Source of the DNA: Octopus vulgaris
Lineage: Eukaryota
Length of the DNA stretch: 64,000 bases
Direction: 5' to 3'
Assembly (NCBI GenBank): GCA_951406725.2
Contig: OX597816.1
Coordinates: forward strand, 91,884,001-91,948,000
The translations under genes and the position numbers were made by a program. The notes under the pieces are model-generated. The model made no database searches. It had not been told where the DNA came from and saw nothing but the letters and a program-made list of their open reading frames with translations. This document shows positions 1-12,800 of this stretch, one piece after another (the first letter of the stretch is position 1; each line of letters starts with the position of its first letter).

Positions 1-59
1 TCTGACTGTCAACTTGCTGATTGCACTTCTGAGAAATGACTTATACAGCCTTTACAAGT

Positions 60-235
60 CATTCCACAGTAACCAACAGATCACAGAGGGATCTGAGGAA
101 GGCAATACTGGTCACTGGTTACTAAGAGATCCAGCTTGATGAATACTAGGTATAGTGGACTTAGTCCTCTTAGCTAAGTACTTCTGAAGTTTTCTCATTA
201 GCAATATAGCATCAGTAATACTTCTTACTGGTACA
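60..235 (-). mobile_element. Degenerate RTE-clade LINE reverse-transcriptase fragment
   Basis: Minus strand reads approximately RSITDAILLMRKLQKYLAK, matching the STTDAIF-VRQLQEKYL region of RTE RT; boundaries approximate. Confidence 0.55.
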
Positions 236-278
236 AAGCTGATTTGTACCACTACCACCACCTCTTCCTCCTCCTCCC

Positions 279-431
279 CATCGTTCAACGTCCATTTCCC
301 ATGCCAGCATTTATTGGATGGTTTGACCAGAGCTGTCCTGCAAGAGAGCTGTCCAGCAAGAGAGCTGTCCAGGCTTCATTTGTCTGTTTTGGCATGATTT
401 CTATAACTGGATGCCCTTCCTAATGTCAACT
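279..431 (-). mobile_element. SINE/RTE-type 3' tail fragment
   Basis: catcgttcaacgtcc...catgccagcat...tggatgcccttcctaatgtcaac recurs at about 8038-8170 and, reversed with a (GAT)n tail, at about 6915-7022 and 5725-5772. Confidence 0.6.
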
Positions 432-1759
432 GCATCTTAATTCTTCTTTTAATCAATTGTGCTGTGGTTTTTTCATTAACTGACATAACTTGATCTAAAA
501 CTTCAATACCTCTGTAATTTCTTCTTTCTAGTGCACCTCTTTTGCCCTTATAAGAGTTGATATTGAAGTTCTCATGCCAGTGTTTGTGTATGACATCTTG
601 TACTACCTGATTGACTATGTGGGTAACTAGCTTGTTCCTTTCTCTGCCAGATATTTTAAGTATCCAGTTGTAATTCCTGATGGATTAGATGCCTTCCCTG
701 CTCTCTTACCATTAATTAATTTGTCTATTGTCTACCATAATGTCAATTTGAAAGGCTGGCCTCTGTTAAGTTGGGGGTACTGGATATGGGCAGATTTCAT
801 GCTATACTCTGTTTCACAAAGTTCTTCACTGAAGAAAATGGAGTGAGGGTGGAAGAGAAGTAGGATGATAAACGTTGTTGATGGAAAAACTGAATACAGC
901 TAGATCAAATTCTATTTCTCTTTACATAGGCAGCATAGCACAGTTGATAGGTGAGTAACAGATAGGAGAGTAAAGAAGAGAACAGTAGTTGGAAATTAAC
1001 AGGAATATAATAGCTGAGAGGCCTCTAAAGATATATTATACATCACAGCCTCCCCCACCATTGCCACCACCTTGTTCATTTGAGCAACTGCTTTTCCACG
1101 CATGCCTCAATGTGTGGATTTTCTTCAGTGTCTCACCACTCTGTATAATTGTTTGTCATCTCTTTTATGATGTTCCTCTTTCCTGAGCTCAGTTTTTACT
1201 GTTTTATCCCATGTCTTCATATGTCTCTCGTTTCCACGATCTTAGATGCTTGGTACTCTATATAGCTAACATTTTACATATGCACCACATGTATTTATCA
1301 GTGTAGTCTTCTCTCTTGCATCCTATGTCTGATTCTTTTATCCAGCTCATTAGTGCTCTGTCATTCATGAACTCTAATGTTTCACATCCAATGTGACATA
1401 CTTGCTTAATTTCTTCTCAGTCATTACAAATATTCAGCATTCAGAGCCCACGACTTACTATTATGCAGTATTGCACTTCATACATAAGCATCATACAATC
1501 TCTTTGTTACTAGCTGAAGTAATAGCTCCCTGGTCTTTCTTACTCTAAGTTAACTATACTTTTAGAAAACCTACCTCCAAAAGCTATCAAGTGCTGATTG
1601 TGAGGATTTATTTTATGCATATTGTTATTGTTAACTGCTCCTGTGATTTTACTATGTATAACATCTACCTTAACTGCCAGCCTGCTTGTGATCCCAGTAC
1701 ACGTACGAATCGCTGGTATACAGTGGTAACTCTGTAGGAAACTCTGTAGCCACTATGAC

Positions 1760-2093
1760 CTAGAGGACTGTAGTAAACAGGAGAGGTCTAACAGTTTTGT
1801 TGTACCCTACCTGCACACTAAATTTATTTAGCTACTCATTTCCTTAGTAACCATCAGATGGCAAAGACCTCTAAGTTAATGAATGCTAGATATAGGAATT
1901 TACTTTCAGTTAAGTGCCTTTCTTGCAGTTGTCCAACTGCAAAGATGGCATTGATAATAGTATATTTTCTTGGTACAAAGATGATGTGTATCTCATTTAG
2001 GTGAATTTGGTTTCTAATTAATTGTGTTATAACACTTCTTGTACATATGTTAGAAAGTTTCTTGGCTTCATGTCCTTTGCTTATACTTTTCAC
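1760..2093 (-). mobile_element. Degenerate RTE-clade LINE RT fragment
   Basis: ORF 1854-2093 contains FVPRKYTIINAIFAVGQLQERHLTESKFLYLAFINLE, similar to RT GF.PGRST.DAIF.VRQLQEK...LYLAFVDLEKAF. Confidence 0.7.
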
Positions 2094-4410
2094 TAGAAAT
2101 GCACATGCAGCTCATGATCATTGGTAGATAATTTATTGATTCAATTTAGAAATAGGCTGAATGCTATATACTCATGTTGAATTATTTGGTGTTTTGTTAC
2201 ATTATGTTAAAACAGCTTTTTTACTTTTATGGTTGATAAATTCAACAAATATACATGTATCAGATATTGCATGAACCTCAACAAATCTGTGAACATCCTA
2301 AAATAGCTTTGTGAGGTTTTCTATTTTGGCAAACACAGGTTTTGGAGTGAATTGCATGTTTTAATGATACTTTAGTGTTAGTTAAAGGTAGCTAATCATT
2401 AGCAAAATGCCAGAAAATATAAACAGTTATTTGAAATTAATCTGTGATGACTGTTACTGAATAAATATTCGACTGTCTCACATGATTGAAATCTGTTAAG
2501 GAGTCAAGTGATTCTTATGGAAAGCTTCAACATACATAATGTTACCACAAAGTTTATCCTCTAGTTCTTGACATTTGAATAAAAGCTGTGTATACTACAT
2601 TGTGAGAAGGCCAGCACCAAATGTATACTTCTAATCATTTCTCAAAACCAGTTCAGTGTTATTTATTTATTTAATTTTTAAAAGTATATTTCTTTTCTCT
2701 CATAACTGATTATATCTCTTTAATGATTGTTTATTAATATATTCATTTTCTCCTTCTCTGATACAAATTAGAGTTTGAAGCTAATTGTTATTTAACTGCA
2801 AAATCAATTTTAATAGGCAATGTAATAAATATTTTTTAACCCTTTTACTACCAACTTGCCTGATATTGCCCAAGGTTCTGTGATAGGAATTTCCTGTTCT
2901 AAAGTGATCTAATGTAAAACATTCCATCAAAATTCTATTTTAATTTATGTTCCAAACACCAGCTTAGATAATGACTTAGTTTTGGTAAATTCTTCATCAT
3001 TTTCAAAATTAATTGAAAGAAAGGCTGTGAATTTCAACAGAAATATGGCAACAGAAGGGCTATTTTGTATATTGCTAATTTCCTCATATCTAGCACTTGA
3101 TTATGATCCTACCTACATTTCAAATTATGAACCAGTTGATTATTACTGAAAGTTAGTTGTATTTGATATTCACATCAGGTTTATACCCTTCATCATTACT
3201 ATTCTCAAAACAACTCTTATGAGCATTATCAACTTATTGTTTTTCTATCTGTCAAGATAGTGGAATAAGGTTTAGAAATAAACTTTTCCTCATTCTTTAT
3301 TTACTATCATCTTCCTCTCGCTTGTTTAACTCTTTTGTACCAATTTCACCCTGAATTAAATATCACTTCTGGCAATTGTCTACTACTAACAAGCTGTCTA
3401 CAATTAACCTCTTCCCACCTTTCTTCTTAGTCTTGAGTGCTTGCTTTTCAGGATTCTATTGGACATCCAATGATTGTACTTCAGTCATTGCAGGACTTCA
3501 TTAGTTTTATCTTCTATTATTAACCATGTCTCATGGTGTAGATATTTTCAACATTACTTCTAATGTCAACTTTACATAAACAGTATCCAAACTGGCCCTC
3601 CCTCACTCAGTATATTAGTCATCATAGCATGTTGGAGTATGTAGTATGGTTCTAAAGCAGAGCCATTATGTAACTGCAACAAGTCTGTGGGGTGTGCATA
3701 GTAATTTTTTTGGCTACTTGCTTGCCATAAGATTACTCAATCAGCATTGACTTGTAGTTACATAACAACTTCACACAAACCTTTCATATGAGATTTTATT
3801 TCTCATATTCTCATAAGCACATGACTAGCATACGATTAGTAAGTTGTAACTTGCAAAGATTATTGAATATTTGAAATGAACTATTATCACATGCAGAAGA
3901 TGTAGTCACTATGAAGTAAAAGTTGGTATTGGTCAAGAGTTTAAGCCATTGTGCTATGCCCCTGGGCAAAATATATGAGCATAATTGCCACTGCCTGGCA
4001 ATTCATGTCTGAGTGATTTATTGTAGGAAGGGCTTCCACTTGTAAAAACTCCCTCTCTTCTCATTTAGTAAGGGCATCCAACTGTAGAACTGTTTCTGCT
4101 CTGTACCCTGTGCTAGTATAAAATTGTTCAGGAAATATAAAATGTACCTGTGTATTGTATTTTCAAATTTGAGGCATAATTCATTAAGTCTAGAAGTAGT
4201 CCATGTATCTCCTTGGACAAGCAGGCTACATAAATTATTCATTGTACAAGTATCTGTCAAGCATTGTTGTCATTGGCATTACCTCTATCACTGTCTTCAT
4301 TCCACATTTGGTTTTTCATGATGGTGTTGGTTGGGCAGTTCATCATTGTTTGAATTAGTTATTTGGAGTTAGTGCCTTTCACCTGGGTCACAAATCACTT
4401 TCCCTTAAAC

Positions 4411-4841
4411 TGTAGCTTTGAAGATTTCAAAGCGCAGTCAAACCAATTCTACTATATGGCTCAGAAACCTGGACGTTATCAAAGAAGCTTGAGAGGCGGT
4501 TGGATGGAACCTACACTCGCCTCCTTATGAGAGCTCAAAATCTCTCGTGGAAGCGTCATCCAACCAAAATGCAAATATATGGGAAGCTACCACCTGTGTC
4601 ATCTCTGAAATGTAGGAGAGTCCAGTTTGCTGGACATTGTTGTAGAGCTGAAAACGAGGCAATTTCTCTTCTCTGGAAGCCATCTACTCGCGATACAAGA
4701 GGTCGCACACTCTCCTACCCTGATGTAATCTCCAGGGATACAGGCATCCAGCAACAGGACCTCCGTATGATGGACCGCAAAGTTTGGCGTAGCATGGTAA
4801 ATTCCATTGTCTCAACCACGGTTGAACAATGATGATGATGA
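4411..4841 (+). mobile_element. 5'-truncated RTE-type LINE 3' end with (GAT)n tail and target-site duplication
   Basis: LLYGSETWTLSKKLERRLDGTYTRLL...RVQFAGHCCR...DRKVWR is a typical RTE C-terminus; the tail is gatgatgatga; flanking 11-bp repeat ttcccttaaac (4400-4410) and ttccctcaaac (4842-4852). Confidence 0.85.
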
Positions 4842-6605
4842 TTCCCTCAAACACTCAACTTTTGATATGGCTTCTACAGCTGGCTGCCTTTCCCATCATC
4901 AACCACTTCAAAAAGTACATTGGATGTATTTTATCATTGATAACAGCACTAAAGAAATTACTCTATCTTATATTGTCTTCAAATATCTATTCACTCATAC
5001 CAGAGAGGTTCTCTTTTTCCCTCTTCCTTGCATTGTCTCTATTCATTTGTTCTTGTCTGCCTAACTGGATGTGTAAAAAGGGATGTTTTCTGTTTTCTAT
5101 CACATCACCAGTGCAGTTGTGTAATTATCTCCTATCACTCTCTCTTCCTTTACATCAACACTCCTCTTCTCTCTCTTCCCCCTCCTATCACCTGTTTTCT
5201 TCTAACCTCCTCTTTAGCCTTTTTGTCCATCCATCTCCTTCCTCTTTTCACCTTGACCCTCTTTGGTTACACTATTGTTTGGTTTCTCTTCCATTACTCT
5301 TACATTCTGTAACCCACTTGCTCCTTATAATTCTGGTTTTCTTCTATCACTCTCTCCTTCTCTCAAACACTGCTCCTAGAGAGAGGTAGAGAGAATAATA
5401 GGATGGAAGGAGAGATGAAGGAGGAATTGAGAGAAGAAAGATAAGAAGGATGGCAGAATGATAAAAGAGAGACAGGATGATGAGAGTGAAGTAATAAAAG
5501 AGGGAAAATAATGGGGTGAGGGAGAGAATTAGTAAGTGATAGTTGAGAATATTGAAGAGAGAAAGCTGTAGATAGGAAGAACATGGTTAGTGGCATCATT
5601 TATAAATAATGTTCTAACTGTAGTCACCCCATCTTTATTGTGATCATGTTGTGTTAAGATTCTGATATTTTTCGGTCATGTATTTCTTATTTTATAGTCA
5701 GAAAGGAATTTTGTAAAAGATTCATGTCCAACCCATGCTAGCATGGAACAGGGGCATTAAATGATGATGATTTAACTTGTACATTGAACAAATCTGGAGT
5801 CAACTTAGACTCTCTTTTATCTTTGCCAGCTAGCTTCAGTTTTATCTTGTGACCATTCCCTCTGCTATGTTCAATGTCTGCAGATACTCCCCTCTAGTAC
5901 ATCAGTCAACCCTTCTGAGTAATATTATAACGTATTAGTCATTAAGGCTTACATTTTGATTGTTAATCTACCTCAAATTGATTATATATCTTTGTATGAT
6001 CTCAATGAATTGATTATGTGACTTGATTTTTATTTTTGTTTGGAACCATTTCACTTCACTAACATTTTCTTAAGGTAGAGTATGGTCACAACACCAGCAT
6101 CCTTCTCTGTCAATTTCTGAAATATGTGTGTATCTAAATGAATATGCTGTTGCCTTTTCAAATAGACATAAAGTGTAAGGCTTTTAGGTGTGCAAGATTT
6201 GGAAGTTATGATGTGCATGGCTTTTCCACATATATTATCAGCATAAAGGAAATGTACTACCTATGATTGAAAATTGAGACTAGGTTTATATCTACTTTTG
6301 TTGCCTTCACACTCTGAAGATAAAAAAGCCGTTGCTTATTGAAAGATACTATTGTATATGAAAAATCAATAAATGAGGGAAAGGTATATTAAGTTTTTTT
6401 CAAATTTGTAATCTATAGAGTAAATAAATCACTCTCTCTCTCTCTAGTCTTATACTACTCATATTTTTGTTATGATGTCTGCAAGTCTGTTTGCCTAATC
6501 AATGTTTAACCTGTTACCTATTCAGTCTGTTTGACTGTATATTGTTGTAAGTCTATTCCTAATAGCCTTCCTTATTCTAAAATTTCCACTGCAATGACCA
6601 TTGAG

Positions 6606-6636
<31 letters not shown>

Positions 6637-6657
6637 ATGTATATAAAATTTTGTATT

Positions 6658-7022
6658 GCAGACATAGTTATGTAGTTGGAAAGCTTATTTCCTGACCACG
6701 TGAGCTTGGGTTTTGTCCTACTGCACAGCACCTTAGACAAATGTCTTTTTGTAGTCCTGGGTCGACCAAGACCCTGTGAATGGATTTGGAAGATAGAAGC
6801 TATGTATATATGCATATGTGTACCCTTGTCTTGGTGGTTGTAAATGAGCATCATAAGTGACCATATTCATTTCCTGCCTTCCATGGTGAAGTATTGCCTT
6901 ACTTGGAAACAGGTGTGGGTTAGCAAAGTGAAGGGCATCCAGCTGTAGAAAATCTGCCTTAAATTCTCTATGACTCATACAAGCTTGTAAAAGTGGATGT
7001 GAAATAAATGATGATGATGATG
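6658..7022 (+). mobile_element. Degenerate tRNA-derived SINE with (GAT)n tail
   Basis: Head resembles the copy at 30404-30520 (gcaggcgtggctgtgtggtaagaagctt...gcaccttctgcaagtgtcttctactatagcctcgggtcgacca); ends in atgatgatgatgatg. Confidence 0.65.
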
Positions 7023-7983
7023 TTGTTTTGACCCTGCTTTTAGAATAGGTACACTTTCCCTGAAAATGAAAAGCTGGGATGGGGTGACCACGGCTAGAAC
7101 ACCTTATATCATAAGTCTGCACTATCAGGACTGATCTTGTTTGAAACAACAACTACCATTATTTCTGTCATTTCAATTTTTGTATGCTGTTATATGTTTC
7201 CATAGCCACCTAGCTCCAGTCATTACTCTTTTGCTTTATGTCATCATTGAGGTGTTGCATTTAAACATTTAATCTGTTTCATTCCAAATCTGTCTACTTC
7301 AGCTTCTCACTCCCAACTCGTAACTTTTGTCTGAATTGTAGTTGTATGTCTAGCGTATATTAACTGATACTTATAATGCAAACATTCTCACCTTGTACTC
7401 CATCTCTTACAAAATCTACAGACACAAAACATATTATCTTTTTCTATCCAATCATTTCAAGATCCCTGGCCTTTACTGTCAGCTCTTCGCTATATATACA
7501 GCATCTCACTTTTGTTGCATGCATTACTCAATGTAACTTTTTGTACAGAAATTATTTTGCTGCCAAGAAAGGTATCAGTTGTCTAATCTCCTCCCACTAC
7601 TGTAGATGCTGCTGTTGCTGGTTTCAGTATCCAAAACTAATAAGTGCATGATACAAAAAAATACATCTTATTTGCCCCTTGTTTATCAGAGATATGAAAC
7701 TTAGTCAAAAGCCTTCTCTGAGTCAACAAAGCCAATGGGTATATTCTTTGCAAAGTATATCTCTGGCATTTGTTTCACCAATTTTTCCTATCCTTTGTGA
7801 CAATGCCAGCTCATTTCTTATGGGAACAAGCCCTCTCAGTCAACCATTTCAATGAAGTGTGCTTGAAGGTATCCATTTGTATGTACCTCTGTTTAACAAT
7901 ATACTGGATAACTAGATATAGCGTATCTATACATAAATACATATATACATGCAGAAAATAAAGATCACACATATTGATGATTT

Positions 7984-8023
<40 letters not shown>

Positions 8024-9838
8024 GTTTAACATATATATTTAATGTTCATTTTCCATTCTGGCATCGGTTGGACAGCTTGACAGGAGCTGGCCATCCGGAG
8101 AGCTGTGCTGGCTTCAGTTGTCTGTTTTGGCTTGGCTTCTATGGCTGGGTGCTATTCCTTATGTCAATCACTTTACAAAGTGTAGTGGGTCGTTTTCTAC
8201 GTGGCACCGGTGCTTCTTAAATGGTACTGGTATGGGTGCTTCTTGGGTGTTACCAGCATGCCTGTGGCACCAGTATGATGTGTATATAAGATCATTGATT
8301 GCACTTTACTTTGTAGTTTTTGATGAAAGTATATTCATTCACAATTTTTTTTATGTTAGAATGCTAGTAAATTTAGCATTGACCACAGTTCTTATTTGAA
8401 GTTTTGATGAAACCAGAAAAGTTATTTGAAATATAAAAAAGATAAAAAGCTAAAAAAATGAAAATTTTCTTCAAAACATGAAGTCTGGTAATATAAAACA
8501 ATGAAGACGAGAGTATTGTGTGAATGAAACATTGTCAGACAATGAAATTTTTATTGAAATTGAATCAGTAGTAGAGTTAGCAGTAGTAGTAGTTATTGTA
8601 GCATTTAGTAGCATGTTAGTAGTATTAGAAATAATATGTGCAATAAAATGACATACAAAAGTCATAACTTATTGGCAATAAAATATTGAACAACCCTAGA
8701 GATTCATTCTTAAAAATGTGGGTTACCAGCTGACCACCACTGCTTCACTCACAGCACACAAAGGCCATTCACAGCCATTGGTGGTGGAGGGAAGATTGGT
8801 TAAAGTGAATGAGAGGAAAATGGAACAAAATCATCCTATAACATATTTGAAAAACTTTTATTTCTTTCAGAGTTGTTGTTGATTTTAATTTTCATCTATT
8901 TTTGTTGCATTTCTGATCATTAGTTTATTCTAAGTATTTTTTTCACACAATCACTTAGAAATCTTCTTGTTAATCTCAGTGTAAAATATCTTCAGCTTTT
9001 CTGAGTCTAAACTCACTTTTCTTCTTCAAGATATTTGAATTATTTTTATCCATAATTCTGAAACTGTAAAACACAACTGGGTCTTAATTTTACTGCTAAG
9101 TGCTCTACAAATTAGTGTAGCATGGTTCAAGAATCTATTTGATCCTGTTGCTGCATTGGAGCAGAATGGAAGAGTAACTGAAATAATTTTACTAATTTAT
9201 AATATTTGCTATTTCCGTGATAATTGACAAAGTCCTATTATTTTCTTGAATGATATTAAACTTAAGCTACTGAGTTTGTAAAAGTTCTTCCTATTGAATG
9301 GTTTGAATGTGTATTTTAATTGCTAGAATAATGTAATTTCTGATATTCCAACTAAAAACGTATTAAAAATCTTTTATAACTTGTTTATAAATTTTGTGCT
9401 GTTAGCTTTATTCCTAATTTTAAAGAACTGTTATAGATTGATTCGATAAGGTTTACTATCTTTGCAAGTATTTTCTCAAAGATACAGACTTCCAGCTGTG
9501 ATCTTATGAGCATATAGGCTACTCTGCAAAATTATTGAACCTGTTTTATCTAAAGGTAAAATAAAAAATGTACCTGATTTCTAGAAATCCTGAAACATTA
9601 TCTTTCTAATTGGGCTTTATTGATACAATTTGTATATTTTTTTGTACAAATATGTAAGTATCAAGAGTAAAAGGGTTAGAAGAGAGTTAATGACCCGCAT
9701 AGTTGGACCCTTGAGTTTTTCTCCTTATTCAGATTTAATTTATTAATCCACAAAATTTTAGAGCAAAGCGTAATTCTTTTAAAACAATTTATAAAGCTAA
9801 TATTTCCATTAAGGCTGATTTTCTTTTTTAGCCTAAAA

Positions 9839-9875
<37 letters not shown>

Positions 9876-12800
9876 GTTATTATTATTATTATTATTATTA
9901 TTCCATTATATATAATGAAGTTAGGTTCTCTATGTGGTGTCATTTATGAAAAATTAGTGCTTTAATCACTTGAGGCTTATTTCCTTTCAAACTTTACTCT
10001 TTTCCACCTCTTTATTTTTGTTGATACCAACATTTGGAATGAAATATAAAAACAAAAACAAAAAAAAATATATAAGTTCCATTTTATGCTCTCTGCAATG
10101 TTTTAGTTCAGGTAGGTGAGTGCATTATTTTACTGCATTGAAATCATATCTAATTCTCTCTGTAAACAGAAAACTTATCGAACTCTTTCACAGGTGAAAA
10201 ATCAAAATTTTCATTTTAGAAATATTAAAATCCATTTTGAAAATAATAAGCTACAGTAAAAATAGTTGGCTTAAAAGAAGATTGAAATCTTAGCAGTGAT
10301 TTTGAATGTGGTGAAATTATTTGTATTTTTCAAGAGCATTCCATTAGTGTTTTTAAAATCATTTTTTTTTCTCTTATATGGCTTGGCCATATAATATTTC
10401 CACTTTGAGTATGGTCTTGTATGAAATGTTGTGATCAGCAGCTATCTGTATCATTTACAGCAGAATCAATAATAAATATAATTTAAATCCAAACAGACCT
10501 ATGGCAGACCATATTACACTGTCATTCATGCATCCATTCATTCATTTTTCTCTTAATTCTTTCTCTCTTCAAAACAGAAATAATCACCTTAAGTCTGTGT
10601 GTGTGTGCATGCATGAGCCTGTGTATACATATGTTTGTGTGTGTTATTCTGTATTAAAAACATTTGATTCATTTTCAGAAAAAAGCAATGGCATTTGAAT
10701 ATTGCACCTATTGCAACAGAAGCATTGCCAAGACACAAAACTTTTTTTTTCAAATAATTGCTCACTCTCTAAAACCTTTATTGTCTTGTGACTTCTTCTA
10801 TCAAGCCTTGCAAATATAGTTTGCTTTTTTTATCAAACAACATACTGAGATGCACTTAAAAGACATTGCTATAATATGAAAATGATATCAATGTAGATCA
10901 GTATGAAAATGTATGTCTTGACAGTGAATATTATTGTGCCAGCTGCAATGAAATACAGAACTGTTTTGAAATAATTTTTTTTTATTTCAATGTTCATCAG
11001 TTAGAAGTTAACTTTTATTAGGACAGTTCTTGACAAAGAATACATTCAAATAGACATTTATGAGAAAAAGTTTATGATAAGTTTAGAGAGACATTTTATA
11101 AGGAAAACTGGTAGTAATATAACCTGCATATTGTTTAGCCTTTAAAACAAAGCAATATTGCAGTGGTAGGTATGTGCATTTAAATTATTACTCCATACAG
11201 AGTGGTAGATGTGTTCAACATATTGACAAAATTGAATTCACTACAACTAACATGTTTGAAAAGTTAACACCAAATTTCAGCAGATAGAAATTGGGTTCTT
11301 GTCAGTATTCAGTGGACATGCCTTCTAGATAGACAACATGGTTCTCCTCAGAGGTATTGTTGATTATTACTTATTCTCATCTTTTCAACACATTTTGCAA
11401 AGGACTAAATTATTGTCGCTTATTTTATATTTCTGCAAAGTTTAGTTTGTGCGTTTTTTCCTTTGTATTCACAGGAAAAGTAAAGAAAAGCCAGTTAATG
11501 TTTACACCCTTAACTTTTAGTGTGCAATTTCATAACAAAAAAGAGACATTTTACTTAGATTTATGTCCTACGATATTTAACAGTTTTCAATAATAGCGTC
11601 ATCAACAATTTGATGAAGTATTTTGTTATCATTTCTGCTTAAGAATCAAATCATTTTCTATAAGAGGGCAAGAGCCCCCACTTCCCTTATTAAAAAAAAA
11701 AAAAAAAAAAAACTTAGCCATTGATACCTAACAATTGCAACAGAAATGAAAGATGCTTCTTATGAATGCTTTAGACGTATGATATTACCTCTTGGAGGAA
11801 AGGTTTTTTTTTATTGTTAAGTTTTCTTATTGGCATATCTGAGATTCTTATGTTGTGAGCACACCGACTGATACTGTTAAGAATAAGCCAAGTTTCTCTT
11901 TGAATTGAACATTAGTTATGTTAAATTTTCCTTCCTCTCATCCATAAGACTATTGCACATGGTGATTTACTGTTTCAATTAAACTACTATTTGTTAAGTT
12001 TACTCATTACATCTGCCTCTCTGTCAGACTGAAATTGCGCATAATGTTGTGTGAATTATTTTCTTTATTTTAGTTCTTTTAAAAAAAACAACAAAAAAAC
12101 AAAAAAAGAAACATGAAATGGTAACAACTGATCCTTGTTTGAATCAATTGTTATTACATAATTTATGGTTCACTATATACAGTTAACTACCACATAATAC
12201 AAAAGAGAAACACTGAAGGAAAAAAAAAAAGAAATGTATTTTTTGAATTTGTTTTTTTTATTTTTGACTCGATTGTCAAATTCTAGATCTCCTGCTTTCA
12301 CTTGAGGATGTTGAAAAGGCAGACGTAAACTTAGTTGTTGTTCATTTAACTTACATTCTCTAACATTTAGGTTTCCAGTGTTTGCGTTTCTGATTTAAAA
12401 ATAGCACAACCATACAGTAATGGTGGTGGTAGTAATAGTAGTAATAATTAGTAGTAGAAGTGCTATACACTTTTGAAATTTTGTTTTTTAATATTTGATC
12501 TTTGATATTTAAATATTGTTTTTGTGAACTTTGTCAGAAGTTGAAATGACCATCTATCTTTGCTGTTTTACTGGAAAAGAATAATAGAAAGGAAATTTCC
12601 TTTGTGAAGATAACTCTCGTGGAAGTTAATGATTTTCTAAATTTTTAGTTTATGACACAGCCATATTGAGCCCTTCATTTATCTACTGTGCATTGTTGGT
12701 ATTCCTTATGTGAATGTCTAGTAAATTGTCTTATTGAGAGAATATTTTATTCTAGTTAGTAAAATGATGTGAGAATATAAAGTCTGGATTGAATTTTGTT

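Noticed and set aside
4829-5599. Hydrophobic ORFs
   Set aside because: Arise from pyrimidine/purine low-complexity tracts.
10700-10725. tattgcac (miR-92-family seed), also at about 11951
   Set aside because: No extended precursor hairpin and the rest does not match miR-92.
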